From contig NW_021833842.1 in the NCBI RefSeq assembly GCF_006345805.1, positions 1 through 51,630 on the forward strand: 51,630 nucleotides of DNA, given 5' to 3'. The position numbers and the translations under genes were made by a program. Every line of letters begins with the position of its first letter. Position 1 is the stretch's first letter. Below, in pieces: positions 49,131-51,630 of the stretch. A model generated the notes under the pieces. It was given only the letters and a program-made list of their open reading frames with translations, was not told the origin of the DNA and did no database searches. Source of the stretch: Octopus sinensis. Lineage: Eukaryota.

Positions 49131-49349
49131 TACTTCGGTGCCTTATTGTTTATTCTTTTTTCTTGTTCTTTGGGTTTTTTTTTCTTGAACAATAAAAATA
49201 ATTCAATTCAAATTCAATTAAATGAAAAAAAGTAACAGTTTCAAAAGTTGTAGCTTAAATCGATTGTTTTTCTATATATTTTATTATTATGGTATTTCAA
49301 AAAAAGTATCAATCAGTAATCAAAAGACATTTATTCAAAGTAAAAACAA

Positions 49350-50466
49350 TTATATATCCAAATCATATCCACCATTCAATTCAAAATGTAAATACACCTT
49401 TTCCTTAATACGTTTGCATCCACTTTTTGAGAAAAATGGCATATTCGGAGGATAAAACTCATATGATTTATAACCGACCCAACAATCTCCTCAACTTTCT
49501 CAAAAGACATCACTAAACCACTTAGTTCAATTTCCCGTCTTGCACAATCCTCTAATTGGGAACGTTCAAGTGGCAAAAATGGAACAAAGTGACTCACAAC
49601 TGCCTTCTGGATCAACAAACTATGCTTATATCCGCCTAGAATATACAAAAACAAACAAATACTATTTTCGTTATAAATTGTGGACATTACAAAGTTCTCA
49701 ATTTGAGAAAATTTGATTGAATTTCGACTATATCCTTGAATAAACAGTTCAACGGTCCGATTTATGATAAAGCCTGACCCAGAATTGCTTTTGAAAGTTT
49801 TTATTGTAAATTAAAACCTTAAAAGTAAATAAATTGCCTTTCCATAGTCGACATTATTAACAACTCCAGAATAATCCATAAATCCCGTAACCGAATCTAA
49901 CAATGTTGGCGGCATTCGTTCAATTTCGTCAAAATAAAAATTGAATAAGGACAAATAGTGAGATTCCCAGTAATCCAAGCAGCCAACTGAGATTTGTATT
50001 CCTCAATCAAATTTTGACTCGGAAAATGCAATGTTGATATAAAAGTATGTACAAATCTGCTTTTATTTTTTCCCATTACATATTTTGCAATGTTTTTGGC
50101 AACAAAATTTTTCCCTGTTCCTGTAGGTCCGTGGAATGATAAAACAAGAGGTTTTTGTGATGTTAAATCCAATAAATGATTGTGGAGTGATCTTATTACG
50201 ATGGAATGTACAAATGGCTGGCCAAACAAATTGGAAGACATAAACTCGTTAAGTCCAGTTATATTGGCCTTGGTCCATCCATTATGACAGTTTTCCATGC
50301 CTATTAGCCAACGGCTATACTCAATGGCTTGGGTTATCTCATTAGCTGAGAATAACTGAAAATCGGAAATCTTTATAATTATAGCCAAAACTATATTTAT
50401 TTAAAAAAACAAAATACATGTAAAGAAAAACAAGGACACACATCTGAGAGAACATTGAATGGCCAT
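49350..50466 (-). CDS. Torsin-family AAA+ ATPase, with two 1-bp homopolymer frameshifts
   Basis: Signal-peptide-like start, LFGQ, KPLVLSFHGPTGTGKNFV, FIFDE (restored), HFVPFLPLE and SGCK (restored). Confidence 0.9.
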
Positions 50467-51023
50467 TTAAATTATATTTTTTAATTTATTAAATACATTA
50501 ATAACATATAGTTATAAACATATTATTATCTATTTATGTCACGAGCGAACGTAAAACCATGTGGCTGATATTAATGACAATGATTGTTAAAAAATAAAAT
50601 GTCACGGGTTGGATAATGCCCCGGGTTGGATAATACCTGCGATTTTGAAAATTCAGAGATTTGTTCAAATTTAGAATCAATTGATAATTCCGGTATTTTA
50701 ACTTGGAATTTATATCTAGGCAATTCTAATTGTAAAGTTCAAAAAATCAAATTTAATATAAACCGATTGATGGAAACTCAGCCTACTATAAGACAATGAA
50801 TAGGACCAAACAAATTAACGAAACCAAAGAGATAGTTAAATGGTTAAATGGTTTAGTTAAATGGGAAAAGTAACCCCATGTCATCACCTTAAAAAAGGCC
50901 TACATTTTAAGTGCATTCATTTTTTTTTATTTTTTATATTTATTTCTTTAACCAGAAAAAATCAAAATGAAACTAAAGTTAGTTAGAGGACTTCCCCGCT
51001 TCGTAGATGGAGAAACATTGTTA

Positions 51024-51630
51024 CAGTATAACCTCCATTTGGGGCAGACCTCTGGCTTGGGGAACCTCTATTTTTGGGAAACCTCTATTTTTGGGGTAGT
51101 TTGAAAAGGATATAATTTTTATGCGGTAATTTCCAAATTTAGAAATTACCGGAACCTCTAAGTGGGGCACAGGATTTTTAATTTATATACATATTTGCTA
51201 TTAAAATTAAAATTAATTATATAAAATTTCATTTGGAAGCCTCGTGTAATTTTGTATTCTTGTTGTTATGGCTCGTAAGCTTAGTCTTGAGTTAAAGATC
51301 AAAATTGCCAAGGAATTAAGTGAAAATAAACATCTTACTGAACGAGATATTGTTTCATATTCATCATCTAAAAACAGTTGGATGACATCAGAAATATTTA
51401 TTACATGGCTCACCATTACAAATGAACAAATGATTACGCAAAGAGAAAAATTGTTTTGTTACTTGATAACGCAAGCTGTCACAATATATCCATCTTTCCA
51501 ACATTGAATTGTTTTTTCTCCCAAAAAATACAACCTCATTAATTCAACCGTTAGACATGGGTATTATTAAATCTTTCAAGTCCAATTATCTTAACGCTTT
51601 ATTGGATTTTACTCTTTATTTGAGGACGTT
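51024..51630 (+). mobile_element. Internally deleted Tigger element running off the window
   Basis: TA-CAGTATAACCTC; repeated AACCTCTA; HTH start fused to SWMT, LLLDNA and [12 protein letters not shown]. Confidence 0.85.

Noticed and set aside
50604-50636. Two copies of CGGGTTGGATAAT
   Set aside because: Resembles a pogo subterminal repeat, but no TIR or partner end was found.
1-51630. TnpB/Fanzor or other RNA-guided nuclease beside the IS630/Tc1 remnants
   Set aside because: I found no RuvC or zinc-ribbon (CxxC...DxNAAxNI) motif in the ORF track or by eye. An HMM search would be needed to exclude decayed copies.

Overview
Eukaryotic, very AT-rich DNA (about 28-30% GC, estimated by eye) from a metazoan with extremely short GT-AG introns (22-35 nt) and the standard genetic code. 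Such introns together with torsin, SUCO, SMYD and a mitoribosomal gene suggest a reduced animal parasite such as a dicyemid or myxozoan; this is inference only. Positions 1-26 kb contain no recognisable host gene. They are a nest of decayed transposons: Buster and GTF2IRD2-type hAT, pogo/Tigger, Tc1/IS630, Ginger-like integrases, several LINE remnants, a tRNA-derived SINE and many CRE-like restriction-like-endonuclease (REL) 3' ends. Positions 26-51.6 kb hold seven compact host genes (MRPL20, an SLC5 sodium:solute symporter, NAA25, a SMYD-family gene, SUCO, FTSJ1 and a torsin) separated by further TE islands, including two young RTE copies. The most notable observations are a TGT...ACA inverted-repeat element carrying a TTAGGG-rich minisatellite, 11 CRE-like REL remnants with no RT domain (one inserted at the stop codon of another), an apparently new SINE with a shared 3' tail, a SMYD lacking the canonical catalytic residues, and a NAA25 intron that must be either GC-AG or only 15 nt long. 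Single-base homopolymer frameshifts in host genes suggest residual assembly errors. There are no prokaryotic features, CRISPR arrays, rRNA or true tRNA genes. All homology calls are from motif recognition by eye, not database searches, and many remnant boundaries are approximate.
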